A DNA stretch of 61,634 bases, counting the filler, from Pirum gemmata (lineage: Eukaryota): assembly GCA_002812295.1 (NCBI GenBank). It is 16 parts of 16 records of this genome, joined end to end, with 100 filler letters (N's around TTAATTAATTAA, not from the genome) between each part and the next. Parts side by side here need not be neighbours in the genome. Positions count along the whole stretch, not along the records: positions 25,409 to 28,970 come from PDIN01002323.1; positions 29,071 to 32,653 come from PDIN01002324.1; positions 32,754 to 36,336 come from PDIN01002325.1; positions 36,437 to 39,979 come from PDIN01002326.1; 12 more parts are not named here. One strand, written 5' to 3'. Position numbers and translations under genes: made by a program. A model generated the notes under the pieces. That model was not told the origin of the DNA and ran no database searches. It saw only the letters and a list, made by a program, of their open reading frames with translations. This document shows positions 26,549 to 39,946 of the stretch, in pieces (within the stretch, counting starts at the first letter, position 1; the number at the start of each line of letters is the position of its first letter).

Positions 26549-26712
26549 GGAATCATCCATAATAAAAAGGACGTCACCTAATCTTACCTATGCCTCTTTG
26601 TCCNATTTTAAAGTTCATTTTAATAATTAAATAATGCCTAAAACAGTTTAAGTCACACTTTCGAGCAATGACTTCTATCAAAGAAAAAGTGACGTCCTTT
26701 ATGAACGCTCCC
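26549..26712. mobile_element. MITE family D (TIR GGGA(A/G)C(G/A)TTCATAAAGGACGTCAC), PIF/Harbinger-like
   Basis: Imperfect TIRs GGAATCATCCATA..AAAAGGACGTCAC and GTGACGTCCTTTATGAACGCTCCC followed by TAA. Inverted copy at 52439-52616 preceded by TAA; partial copies at about 2436-2612 and 44921-44975. Confidence 0.8.
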
Positions 26713-26981
26713 TAACACTATGATAAGATCTAGAGATAATATCAAATCGAATATCGATTATCAACCTATACAATATAATATACGCTTTTTTGGTTTAATA
26801 TTCAATTCGAACTGAATATGGCACTTATTTCTCTTTTGTGAATATATATTGATATGTGTGTATGTGTATGTGTACAGTAAACTACAATTCCACCCACAAT
26901 TAAATTAAAACTGTAACCTACTTCGGTACAGCTCCTAGCCACCTTTACATTTACAATTGACAAAAATTTCCTAGCAAATAT

Positions 26982-27252
26982 TGATACAATACGTACTGTT
27001 ATTTACAATATTTGTATCAACAAAATCAAACTATGTGGTGTTAGATAGACATTCTATATATTTTTAATTTCTATCATCAGAGGATGAACAACAATATATC
27101 TTTACAATATTTATGTTTACAGCATCAGGAAAACGATATAATTGTTGTTCATCCTCTGATGATAGAAAATATATAGAATGTCTATCTAACACCACATATA
27201 GTTAACGTTTGATTTTGTTGATACATTGTAAATAACAGTACGTATTGTATCA
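26982..27252. repeat. Long inverted repeat / foldback (~115-bp arms, ~35-nt loop)
   Basis: Arm 26982-27100 is the reverse complement of ~27135-27252 except for a few short indels. Confidence 0.9.
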
Positions 27253-27446
27253 TATAGTACTAATACTAGTGTATTCAAGTTCCGAAAGACCCAAATCTGG
27301 TTCCATATACGTATATATACATAAATAAATCAATTAAATTGCCCAATTAATATATAGTTTTTAATCAATATCGATATCGATCGATCGTTGTATTAATTAT
27401 ATTATAATTAATATCGTTATATTGATATAATATTATATTGATATAA

Positions 27447-27528
27447 TTATATATATATATAGCAAAAATCCGGTTATATTCGACATTAATGTCGAATATA
27501 ACCGGATTTTTGCTATATATATATATAA
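27447..27528. repeat. Perfect 82-bp palindrome
   Basis: TTATATATATATATAGCAAAAATCCGGTTATATTCGACATT|AATGTCGAATATAACCGGATTTTTGCTATATATATATATAA, centre 27487/27488. Confidence 0.92.
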
Positions 27529-28427
27529 ATTGATTAATTGTTGTAAATCATAAATTATTTTGTAAGGCATTAATTGTATCTGGTATATTGTAGTATACCG
27601 GTACCGTTAGGGTTATAATACTGTACATGTTATAATTAGGATTTTGAATTTTAGTAAAATACCAATAACAATAACGAACGATACCAATAACAATAGCAAT
27701 AAAACAATAACAATAACGATAACGATAGCAATAGCAACAGCAATAGCAATAACAATAATAACAATAACAATAACAATAACAACAAAAGTAATAATAATAA
27801 TTATAACAATAGCAATATTAACAACTGTTGTTATTAGGTTTATTTTAAATCAACATAAACCAAAACAACAGCGAATAAACAGCAACAAAAACAACAACAG
27901 CAAGTTAACTTTAAATTAAGTTTATTATCGGTGTTTATTTTCTGTTTCCCATCCTTAGGTGGATTGGGAATAGGGACAAAACAAAACAAAAATCCAAAAC
28001 TACAATACAATTTTCTTGCACCTTAATTAACTTTCTAAAATTACTAATGGCTCTGCCAATTTTATTATTGGCGTGCAATTACTTGCATAATGTGTTCGAA
28101 GAAACAAAAGTACTAACTAATTTTCCTTTTGTTCTTTTTCTTCTCTTTAACCATCACTATTACTATCACTATCACTATCACTATTCGTATCACTATTAGT
28201 ATTAGTATTAGTATTAATATTAGTATTTGTAAATTACTATTACTATTACTATTACTATTACTATTACTATTACTATTACTATTATTACTATTACTATCAC
28301 TATCACTATCACTATTACTATTACTATTACTATTACTATTAATATTACATGTTACTATTAATATTACTATTAGCATTACTACTATTATTCACATTATTAC
28401 TATTATTATATTTCGATTTACTTATTT

Positions 28428-28832
28428 TCATCTATTACGTATTGACAAATTAGGCATACTAACGGTCGATGTTAATGGGGGGAAATTAAAGTTACTATTA
28501 CTAATATTACCATTACTATTATTGTTGGTATTATTATTCCCACATGATGTACTCATATTATTTACAGAATTAAAAAAACTATTAATAGTATTTGAATTCC
28601 TTCTTTCTATATACTCAAATGAGGAAGATATGGAAGAAGAGGAAAGGGATGTATTTGTATCATTATGAAAAGAAGTCATTTTTGTGTTCAATAATAGGTT
28701 GGCCAACATTTCATCGTCTTCTTGGAAATTTTGTTGGTAATGAAAATTTTCAATACTTCTACAAATTTTAGGATCAGGCATTTCGTTTCTCCTTCGTCGG
28801 CGAATTGCACGCATATTTACTGCTTCTAACAT
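28428..28832 (-). CDS. Probable internal/terminal coding segment of an unknown low-complexity (Ser/Asn-rich) protein
   Basis: Coding-like composition (AIRRRRRNEMPDPKICRSIENFHYQQNFQEDDEMLANLLL); the frame continues upstream toward an AT-rich intron-like tract; no family recognised. Confidence 0.4.
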   Translation of the reverse strand: MLEAVNMRAIRRRRRNEMPDPKICRSIENFHYQQNFQEDDEMLANLLLNTKMTSFHNDTNTSLSSSSISSSFEYIERRNSNTINSFFNSVNNMSTSCGNNNTNNNSNGNISNSNFNFPPLTSTVSMPNLSIRNR

Positions 28833-29230
28833 GTTTGTTATTATTGTTATTATTTTACTACCACTCCTAAAACTTATTCTTTGTTATATATACATTCATT
28901 CATTTATTTATTTATTAATTTATTTATTAATTTATTAATTTATTAATTTATTTATTTATTTATTTATTTANNNNNNNNNNNNNNNNNNNNNNNNNNNNNN
29001 NNNNNNNNNNNNNNTTAATTAATTAANNNNNNNNNNNNNNNNNNNNNNNNNNNNNNNNNNNNNNNNNNNNTGTTATTATTGTTGTTATTATTATTATTAT
29101 TTATTTATTTATTTTTACTCTTATTATAATTATTACCTCTATTATTATGTATGAATATGTATAAATGTTGTATATATGTATAAAAATTAAGTGCGAAAAT
29201 ATAAATATAAAATATAATATAAAACATTAC

Positions 29231-29797
29231 CTGTTGTTCTTGTTTTCTCTCAAAATCAAGTATGTTCTGATTACGCAGAGATTGGTACAATGGCAGCACA
29301 CCCTTTTTTATAATACCCTTCTTCTTCAGTTTCTGCAATGAAGCAGCAAAATGAACAGAATGATTAAAATGTTGTTTAGTTGGAGGTACTGCCTGTTTTC
29401 TTCTATAAATTGAGTTTTTCAAAAATTTATCGTCGTCTTTAATCTCAAAAAACGAAGAATCTTCCGTACGGAACACTTTTTCAATTATTTGATACTCTTT
29501 TTCCAAGTTATTTTGAAGCGTTTGAGTTTTGGAAGTGCTATTCTTTATTCTGTGAGCAAAGTTATATTCATAATCTTTGTCGAAACTATGAATGAATTTT
29601 TTTGCCAATTTTGCTTCACTTTTAACTTTTCCTAAAAAATGTTCATTTTTATATTTGGCGAGAATGTCGTATTCTATTTCATTATCATAACTGCATTTAT
29701 GACCATCGTCACTGTTGTTTTTGTGTAAAATAATGGTAGAGCAGAAAAGCCGAGTGCAAAGGTGATTTGCAGGTTGAAGAATTCGTGGGCTTAGCAT
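29231..29797 (-). CDS. Exon 1 of unknown protein with possible mitochondrial presequence
   Basis: ATG at 29797; Arg/Ser/Leu-rich, acid-free N-terminus MLSPRILQPANHLCTRLFCST; strong donor CAG|GTAATG at 29230. Confidence 0.6.
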
Positions 29798-29856
29798 GAT
29801 AGGATTTATTGGTGTTACATTTATGGTGGTGGTGGTGGTGGTTGTGATGGTGGTTG

Positions 29857-29895
<39 letters not shown>

Positions 29896-31661
29896 AATAT
29901 AGTTATAGTTATTATTATTATTATTATTATTTTGCTATTATAAATGGGAGTATGTTTCTGAAGAAAGAAAGACTTATAAATAAGTGGACTGAGAATTACT
30001 ATCGAACATGTTTTAATTACTTTGGTATTTTATATTTAATGTTGTATTTTTTTTTTTTTTTTTTTTTTATGTAAACAAGTTCAATAATATACTTTTAAAA
30101 ACAGTACCAAATTTTAAAGATTGATAGAGTAGAGTTCTCTAGCTAACTACTACTAGCTAGCTAGCTAGTAGTAGCTACGATGCTACGATGTGTAATACTA
30201 ATAAACACCTGATCTATTTTATTTTTATTTTGGGTATTTTTCAGGTTTAGCCTAAAGGAAATTTTTAATTGCTTAAATCATAATTTGGTAACTTTTTAAG
30301 TTTATTTTATAATTTGATGCCATTTATTAATAAATTGGAAGGTTGAAATTAGTAAGATCTAAAATTTTGCACACAGCCCACAAGGCCCTAGCTAGCTACA
30401 AGGCCCACAAGCTCTAGAGTAGCTAGCTAGCTAGACTAGTCTATCGATAGCTAGCTAGACTAGCTAGACTAGACTACAAGGGATGTTGGGGTCTACCACA
30501 GGGGCAGGGGACTACCACTAGCTATCATAGCTAGCTAGTAGGGGTCTACCAGTAAAAAAAAAAAAAATTCCCAAACTCTCCCAACTAAACCTAACCCTAA
30601 TCTAACCCTTACTTAACCCTAACCTAACCCTTACCTAACCCTAACTTAAAACCCTAATTTCCAACTCCTAACCTACCCCCTAACCTACCTCTAACCCTGA
30701 GCCCTCTAACACTCCTCTAACCTACCCCTAACCTAACAGTTAACCTAACCTCTAACAAAAAAAAAATGAATTAAATTGATTGATTGCATATAATTAATAT
30801 CATACTTGATTTGAAATTCATGATTGAAACATCTTGGAAATTTGTGATTAAACGCATAAAATTTAATAATGTTGGGTTTTGGGATCCCAGATGTTTGGAA
30901 CAAATTAAACAACTTGGGTGCACTTGAGCCGTAAATTGCCCGTAATGAGAGGGTTGGTAATAAGAATAATAATAATATTAATAATATTCAGTTGATATTA
31001 ATAATAATGATAATGATGATAATAATAATAATATTATACTAATACTAATAATAATAATAATAATAATAATAATACCAAGAACGTGTAACCCTTGCCCTTC
31101 TACTGCTAAAGTAGATTCCCCAGCACCCATAATTAATAAAGAAAATACAGAGACGATAAATTGTAATCAAAGTTAATAGCCTATACCAAAAAGTTAAGTC
31201 TCTTTAGCGTGGAAATAAAGTGTGATGGGTTATCTACAGACTAAATGTTGATTCTATTAAAAAAATTTTATTCTTTGTTTTACGATACTTGGTTTCTTTT
31301 TCCTGAGGTCTTTGTTTGTTTTCTAAAGACCATTTTTTTTTTTTTTTTATGTATTGTATGTTCATACAAGGACTTCAAAGTCCTTGGTTCTTCATAATAT
31401 TTATATTATTATGATATAATGCGAGTTTTGGCAGAGTTTTGGCTTGGCTTTAGTGGTGGCTTGGCTCAGGTTTACTAGCCCTGGTCAGCGACAGGGTGTC
31501 CCCCGGTAATGGATGAGTATGATAGCTTTTTTCAGTCTTTTTTCTCCTTGGTTTATCGGTATTTGATTTTTGTTCTACTCTAGCTAGCTAGCTACTTCTG
31601 AGTATTCCCTACTAGCTAGCTAGTAGTAGCTAGTATTAATAAAGATCACTAACTCTACTAG

Positions 31662-32525
31662 CTAGCTAGGTCTATCGATAAGTCTAGCTAGCTGCTGGTA
31701 GTAGCTCTGGCTATCGGTAGTTAGGGAGTAGGGACTTGGTTGCAAGTTTTTTGATCGTTGTTTAGCGTTTGATTTTGAGTTTGTTTTCCTTGTGTTTGGT
31801 TGAAGACTGTGTGGCTGTGCTGTTTCCTTTCTCTCAATTTCCTTCCGAGTTACTTTTTCGTTGTTTTGAAATGTAGCTGTTGCCATTTGGTTTTTTCAGT
31901 AGCTTTTCTGTTAGGTTGTCTTGAGGTGTAAACGCTGGTAGGGTGTAAACGTTGCTGTTTCCTTTTTGTTTTTACTGCTGAGGGTTGTTGCTGTTGCCTT
32001 TTTATAGTCGCTTTCTGAGTTGTTTTTTTATCGTTTTGAAGTGTAGGTTGCTATTTTGTTTTTTGGTAGTTTTTCTGTTTGGTTGTCTTGAGGTGTTACT
32101 GTTTCCATTTTGTTTTTAATTTTGGGGGTTGTTGTTGTTGCTTTTACCTTAAAAGGATGTTGAATATGCTTGTGATTTGATGTTCTATTCGTTCGATTTT
32201 TTGATTAATTTTGTTTTTTAAGTGTAGATTCGATATTCCTTTGTTTATCTGTATTGGTCATTGTTGCATAGCTGATTGTGCTGCTGACTGGTATTGTTGG
32301 CGTTGTATAGTTAATAATAAGTTGTCCCTGTTCTTCGGCGCGTGTTTGTCCCTCCATTTTCGCTTGTTTGATAAGTGAGCATTCGTTCGAGCACGAGACG
32401 TGATTGACATTACAATTCGTGCATTTTTGTTTACCTGTGCATTTGTCTGTGTCAGTATTATATGATGATGGTTTTCTGAGCAAATTAAGCACCTAATTTC
32501 CTTTTTACAGTTATTGACATTAAGT
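31662..32525 (-). mobile_element. Decayed LINE ORF1 (gag-like) with zinc knuckles
   Basis: Across a frameshift it reads NCKKEIRCLICSENH...DKCTGKQKCTNCNVNHVSCSNECSLIKQAK, matching the 2nd and 3rd CCHC knuckles of jockey/I-type ORF1. It is followed by SYA and a Q/K/T-rich repeated tail with stops. Confidence 0.75.
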
Positions 32526-32839
32526 ACCATTATAAATATATATTGTTATATATTTAATAAATATATATCGATTAGTTAGATTATTGATAAAAGAATCAAA
32601 TAATATCAATTAATGACAAGATTTGTTTTATAATACTTATGATTGTTATTAGANNNNNNNNNNNNNNNNNNNNNNNNNNNNNNNNNNNNNNNNNNNNTTA
32701 ATTAATTAANNNNNNNNNNNNNNNNNNNNNNNNNNNNNNNNNNNNNNNNNNNNTCTAGTTTTTACTCTTTTTATTTGTCCAATTGGTTGACTGACGAATC
32801 AACAGATAAGAATTTTTGAAAACAAATTTCTATTTGCTA

Positions 32840-32872
<33 letters not shown>

Positions 32873-33269
32873 AAACCAACCGAAAGGATGGATGACAGAT
32901 GAGACAGATGACGTCAATTCTGTACAGAAAAGGAGAAAAATGGAAAGCTCATTGTCAAAATCTCATTATCATCATCATCATTATTATTATATTATTATGC
33001 TATTATTATTGAACTGGCTACTATTACTTTGGGCTTTCCATTTTTCTATCCAAAGAAAACTATGTTTCAATACTTATATAGATAAATTATTACATTTACA
33101 TAATAGTATTGTAATTATCTGGTTGCTATAGGTTTAAATTTGGGGGATGATCATGATCGGTGTTAATTAAGTTTTGGAAGAAATATCCCCATTGTCTTTC
33201 ATTTAAATTATAAATATATATATACAGTGTTAATTAATTTGGGGAGACTATAAATTTGATTAACAGTAC

Positions 33270-35200
33270 TAGAGTTTCGAATTCATTAGCTTCTCCAAGT
33301 ACACCCACCAACTCTCTTCAGCCAAGCTCTCAAGTAGCAAAATTTACCCTGCATAAATATTATATACTATGTATTAATATTACACATTCCCACTTATAAT
33401 TACTTTGCTTAAAAAATAACACAAAAAGCAACCCATGTATCATGTATTAATATACGTATTAATATCTCCATTATTTTTTCCTCTTTGTTGGCATGTATTC
33501 GAAAATAAGGATAGAATCTACATAATATAATATCATTAAAAGAAATCGTTAGTATTAATTAATACTGAATCCTTTTTTAAAAAAATACCAAAAAAAATTT
33601 AATTTAATTTTAATAAGCAAACTCTCAGCTGGACAATCACAAGTTAAAATTTCTAAGATATCATATCCCCTTTTTCTTTTGGAGTTTGTTTAATTACGTT
33701 GCGTTGTAGTATTAATATACATTCGTTTATTTCTGTTCCACTAACATGTATTATGGGATCGTTGGGCGTAATGGAGGAATATACACCTTTCTCTCCGAAT
33801 GATTCTTCCCGACACTTTTAATTAAGCTTCCTCGGTTTCCTGGTACCGTCAAAGCATACACATTGTGCTCCTCGGTAACAAGCTGGGCAAATTTTATTGA
33901 CATGGGTTCACCCTTCTTTAAAAAAAAAACCCTTTCTGTCGTTTCTAATCATTTTTACTGTATGAAAATGACATTAATGTAAAATGTTTTCTGAAATCTC
34001 TATAACACATGTACAGGATGCTAAACTCATTCCTATTGTGCACGTGATTACTATTATAATTGTAATTGCTATTATTATATGATTACTATTATGATTATTA
34101 ATACTATTATGATTACTAGTACTATTAATTAATATATATATTAATATTAATTATTAATATGATTAATATTACTATTATGATTACTATTATGATTACTATA
34201 ATATTATGATTATAATTACTATTAATAATAATACAGTTATAGTAATATTGCTATTAATATTATTATCAGATTCACTTTCAATATTGTGTTCTTTTATCTT
34301 TTTCTTTACTGTCATTATTATTTTTGATAAGTTCGAAATTCGTCATGCGTTTTTTTATTTTTTCCATCAACTTCAACCTCCTCCTCCTCCTCAATATAAC
34401 TTTTATCATCAATAAATCTATTAAAATGTTTTATTGACTTATACCAACATTTAATAAACGTTAGTATTAATATAACCTCTGATACTAACCTTAAGCTTTG
34501 GATTATTCATCTGTAAGAAATAAAACGAATGCAACAAGTCTATATATTAATACTTATCTATGCATTTCCCTTTACATTTCCTTTCCCTACTACTGGCCAT
34601 GGGTTATTATATCAGGTTGGTAACCAAAAGCCAAGGGCCCCGGTCTAATAATTGCTTTACAGGTTTCACAACTAAACTTTGGTAGCTTTTAAATTCATTG
34701 AAACTGTTTAGCCCCATTAAGTTTATGTATGTATATATTAATATATCCATTTCTATTATTAACGTTTCACTTCTGGTTTCGCAACCACAACGTTGAAAAC
34801 AAAACGTATTCCCCTCCCTGTACTCTTAACTTAATTAATATGATTATTTAGCCACTGTTTTTTGACTTTGCAACTCGCGATCGATCGCTTTCTCTTTTTT
34901 TGATTGTTCTATTGATACTAGCTGACATGTCAGCATATACATGCAATAATTGTGCTAAGAAAGGAACGCCTCCGTTTCCTGTTGAAACCTCTCTGTATTA
35001 TTATTATTATTATTATTGTCATCGTTGTTCATTTCAAAACCATCATCATCATCATGAACAGCATCATGATTATTAAGCTCATTAATTATGTTCTTCAAGC
35101 TCACCCCCTTCAAGACCTTCAGTATCGATACCGTCAATACAAACAAACTCATTATAATAAATATCATCACGAGTCACAACTATATGTTCACTATCACTAT
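33270..35200 (-). mobile_element. Decayed CxC-associated KDZ (Kyakuja-Dileera-Zisupton) transposase pseudogene
   Basis: Minus-strand fragments in the expected order: acidic N-terminal region (~35170-34955), KLPKFSCETCKAIIRPGPLAFGYQP (~34688-34614), KICPACYRGAQCVCFDGTRKPRKL (~33895-33824), FFNDI..CRFYPYF (~33545-33500), KWECVI and LAEESWWVYL (~33400-33298). Confidence 0.7.
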
Positions 35201-37491
35201 CATCACTGAACCGTAACCCTAACGCTAACCGTAACCATAACTGTAACCGTAACCATAACTGTAACCGTAACCGTAACCGCAGACCCTAACCCTAGCCCTA
35301 GCCCTAACCTTACGGTAACCCCAACCTTACGGTAACCCTAACCCTAATAAAATTAATAACAGTCCCCCCTAACCTTCTACCCCTCAGCTAACCTAACCTA
35401 AAGTAACACCCGTAATCTATATACGTGTAGACTTTTTTCGCTCAGCTACGATACTATGGATCGTCTATGGTACTGTTTGTGTCAGTAAAGAACAAAAAAC
35501 CAGATTTTTTTTTTTCAACAGCCAAGCCGGATAAAAATTGCGACATCCGCCATATCACCTAAAAATCACAAAATGATTCAATTTAAATAAAAGTACTACC
35601 AAATTATGAGAAATCGTATTATAATTAAGAAACTCTATTATGTACCAATGGCAAGTTTTTAAAAATAATTTGGCTATTATTTAGTATTAAAAGTTTTTAG
35701 AAAAGAAAAGAAGTCTTTTAACAAAAAATGATTTCTACAGTTTTTAAAAAAAAAGCCCCGCTCACATGTTGGAAACAAAAAGTCTTTGTGGCTAGCTAGC
35801 TAGCTAGCTCTAGCTAGAGCTAGAGGCAGCTCTTAGTAGACTAATAGACTATCGATATCCCTGTCTACCTGCCCCTCGACGTTAATTTCCGGTCAAATAC
35901 CACCTACTTACCTACCCCTTGACGTGACGTATTATTTGAACGCTCCCTTTTAAGATTATCGTGTTTTTCCCAGTTCAAAAACTGAAATAAACAATACACA
36001 TACCAAATTATTATTATGATTAAACTATTAGACAGGTTTTAATTAATTTGGTATTTTATATTAAATGTTTTATTTTATAAATAAGTTCAATTATACACTT
36101 AAACAGTACAAAATTAAAGATTGAGAGGACAAAGTTTGCTTCTGTCAGCTTTGTGTTTCATTATTATTATTATTATATTATTATAGATATTAGACTATTA
36201 TAATTATATTATAATATCATAATAATAATTATATTATTATTGTTATTATTATTATAAAAAAAAATTATATAATTAGGGAGCGTTCAATAATTACGTAACG
36301 CCGATTTGGGACAAAAACCTACCCTACTACCCCCCGNNNNNNNNNNNNNNNNNNNNNNNNNNNNNNNNNNNNNNNNNNNNTTAATTAATTAANNNNNNNN
36401 NNNNNNNNNNNNNNNNNNNNNNNNNNNNNNNNNNNNTGCCATCTCAATTCCTTTTGTAACCTATCTCCAAATTTCTGCCAAAGGGGATGTCATCCCTCCT
36501 TCTCTAATAGTCTAATAATAAGAAACTGATAAGCATAATTATTACGTTATTTAAAACGTCATATACCAAAATGACGTATATAAAAATACAACATACCAAA
36601 TTAATAGTTAATGGGTACAATTTCAATAATTTGGTATTATCAATTATTGTAAAATACATTTTTAATTATACCAATTAAAATGAAAAAATCGACAGTATAA
36701 ATGGGCTTGATCGAAAAATCCGGATTTCGATTAATTAAGCTTGAAAAAAGGGCTACTAAGGGTCAGGGTTAGGGTTAGGGTTAGGGTTAGGGTTAGGCAT
36801 GGGTTAGTGTTAGGGTAGGGTTGGTATTTCTTTACCAGTAGTAATTATAGGGCTTGAAAAATAAAAATTTTCGAACATGTTTTTTCTTTTGATTTTGATA
36901 ACTGTTGGCCACGCTGAATGCCAAACACTTTTTTTTTTTTAAACCAATAACCGAAAGTAAAACGAGAGGGGGAACATAAACAAATGACATCACTTGAAAA
37001 TCTAATCTTTATATTATAGATTGCAAGTTTAATGACTAATATTGATATCTGAAAGCCTAGAATGTCCATATAATCAATCAAATGGCGGGTCTGTCTTGTT
37101 TTAAGATGACGTCATTTATGAATGTTCTTTTAGGTTAGGCTGATAGATTAGGGTTAGGTTATTGGTGGGCTAGGGTTAGGGTTAGGGTTAGGGTTAGGGT
37201 TAGGGTTAGGTAGGGTTAGGGTTAGGGTTAGGTTTGGTTGCGTAAACAACAACTTTTTTGAATAGTCACATGTCATCCTACACACGAGTTCATTTTTCAA
37301 CTCAAGTTTTTTTAGATCTGCTAGTCTAGTAATAATAATAATAATATCATAATAATAATTATCATAATAATGATAATATTATAATATTATTATGATAATA
37401 TTATTATCATAATTATTATAATAGTATTTTATTTGTATTTATTTATTGATGTGTTTTTTTTTATTTAAATTTTTTTATTGATTTAGCATTA

Positions 37492-37532
<41 letters not shown>

Positions 37533-37908
37533 GTATTAGTATTATTATTAGTATTATTATTGTCATTGTATAGCATTTGTCATTTTCAAAATTATATCAT
37601 ACCAAAAAACTGAGGATTGGTTTTTACATTAGTTAGCGAGGAAAATAGGTTTAAAAGAAAGAAACTTGATAGAAACTTTATTTCGTTTTTTTAAATTATT
37701 TTCACGTGTATTTTTTTAAATTCGATTTTATGTTGCCTTGCTTGTTTCCAATTTTCTCCATACCCCATTCAAATAAAGAAAATAAACAGTTTTATTAATA
37801 AACCATTTTGAGTATCACGTATAATTTTTAATTTACATTTAATAAACCTATCTTTATCATAATCATTACGTTAATAAAATTCTTAAAAGACGAAACTAAA
37901 TCATTTAG

Positions 37909-38036
37909 TAAACCGGCCTCAAAAAACCAAACCAAATCGATGAATAAAACATGGCCACAAAAAATCAAACCAAATCAATGAATAAACGCGGCTTAACAAA
38001 ACCAAATCCAATCTATGAATAAATCCGGTCTCAAAA
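37909..38036. repeat. ~38-bp degenerate minisatellite (~3.5 units)
   Basis: Recurrent AAA..CGG.C.CAAAAAA.CAAA.CAAATC.ATGAATAAA unit. Confidence 0.7.
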
Positions 38037-39841
38037 TTTAAATGTTTTTCCCTAGTGTTTTTCCTATTCTCTTTGTATAGCATTTATGATACTAATATTT
38101 ATCAGCAATTTCATTCATGGTGTTATCTCAATGGCACTAATGAATTATTGCATAAATGCAATAAAATTCAAAATATGTCAAAGTTAAAATGTAACCATTG
38201 ATTTAATAAATAGGTTAATTTGTCAATTTTTATTTCACCTTTTTCAGGACAAAAGGGTTGAAAAGTAATATAGGTGATAACTTTTAATGTGGGTATTTCA
38301 TGCTCCCCAAAGCCACCAACATGAGTTGGAGCAATTGGAAACTGCCTATTATTTTTTCAATCTTCTTGAATGGGTTAGTATTAAAAAATACAGCACTGAT
38401 AATTTTCGGTAAACGATGTTATTTGAATAAAACTACAACCAAATACCAAAGTAACGATCAATATTTAATACCTCATATGAACAATTTTTATGTTTAACCT
38501 TAACTGTAACCGTAACCGTAACCATAACCATGACCATAACCTTAACCGTAACCCGTGTTTGCTATTCTAACCTATGAGGCCATATTATTTTCTGATATTT
38601 TATAGTAATATTCTTTTTAATTTTTGATTTTTTTGTCAACTCCTTCAAAAGTGATTAAATATAACGACACTTCCATCTTGAAAAATACAGAGCTAGTCTG
38701 TAGGCAAAAATTACCAACCGAATAGATTCACCACTTAATTAGTACTAGAAATGTGGTACTTATTCAACAAACGACAAATAATGTAAAGTTGTATTTCGTC
38801 TCTCCCCTCTACTATTAGTGTTTTCTCTTCCTAGCTCTCTCTCTCTTTTCTTTTTTCAGCAAAGACAAAGCTGTTTCGAACTAAAACCATCGTTTTCAAG
38901 AAAACCTTGATTTTCTATATAAAATATAAATAAAAACATCTAGGCATAGAATCAAGTTTTTTTTACTCGAAACTTTTGATGGTACCAAGCCAAAAAAAAA
39001 AAATCCAGGGGATCATTAAGCACTAATCAGACAATATTCACAAACTTTTTTTAACAGGATGGAACAAATATTTTATACAAAGAATTCGTTCTTTATTTTT
39101 TTCAATCAAATATCAGCGAATTTGCGATTAACAAAAGGTCTCAAGTAAGAGGATATTACGGATGACATCACTAAAAATTAAGCACATTTATTTCCTACGT
39201 GTGAGGTACACTTAAAATTAAGCACATTTATTTCCTACGTGTGAGGTATATACAATATAGTTCAAGGAAAATGGGATTTTTTTATTAACTGTATTACCAT
39301 ACTTGAAATAAAAGTTGAGTATTGTATACATCACTATTTTTTCACACTTTCCAATTATTTACAAATATATTATTAAAATTAATAATATAATAAAATCTTA
39401 TTTCCTCGACCTAACTCGCACGTGATAATATATATATTATAGTAACGTCATCCGTATTAGCCACTTACTTGTCCTCTGCATATATGTTTAATTTGAAACA
39501 AAAAACAATTAATTATTTCCTTCTTTGATGTCTGTAAAAATATCAATAAATAAATTAATAAATTAAAAAAAAATAAAACAATTAGTATTAAGTGTACCCC
39601 TAAAATAAAAAATAAAAAATAACAAATAAAAAAAAATGGAAATATACATGCAGCAGTAATCAAATTTAAATGTTTTCTATTTTTAAATAATAGTAATAAG
39701 ATGAATAGTAATAATAGTAATAATAGTAGTTACAGTAATAATAACCTTATAAATGATAGAAAGGTAAAGAAGTGTAAAAAATGACTTTACATACATATAA
39801 CCCTAACCCTAAACCTGACCCTAACCCGATATATAATAATA

Positions 39842-39946
39842 TTACTTTTTTTTCGATTTAAACGCATTCTTAGACTTCGTTTGTCTTAATGCCTTCACTC
39901 GATTCGCCTGTGCCGCTTTTGCTTTAAGAGATTCCTTTGCTTTATC
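39842..39946 (-). CDS. Probable terminal exon of unknown basic protein
   Basis: TTAG acceptor, then DKAKESLKAKAAQANRVKALRQTKSKNAFKSKKK*, close to the scaffold edge. Confidence 0.45.
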   Translation of the reverse strand, partial: DKAKESLKAKAAQANRVKALRQTKSKNAFKSKKK

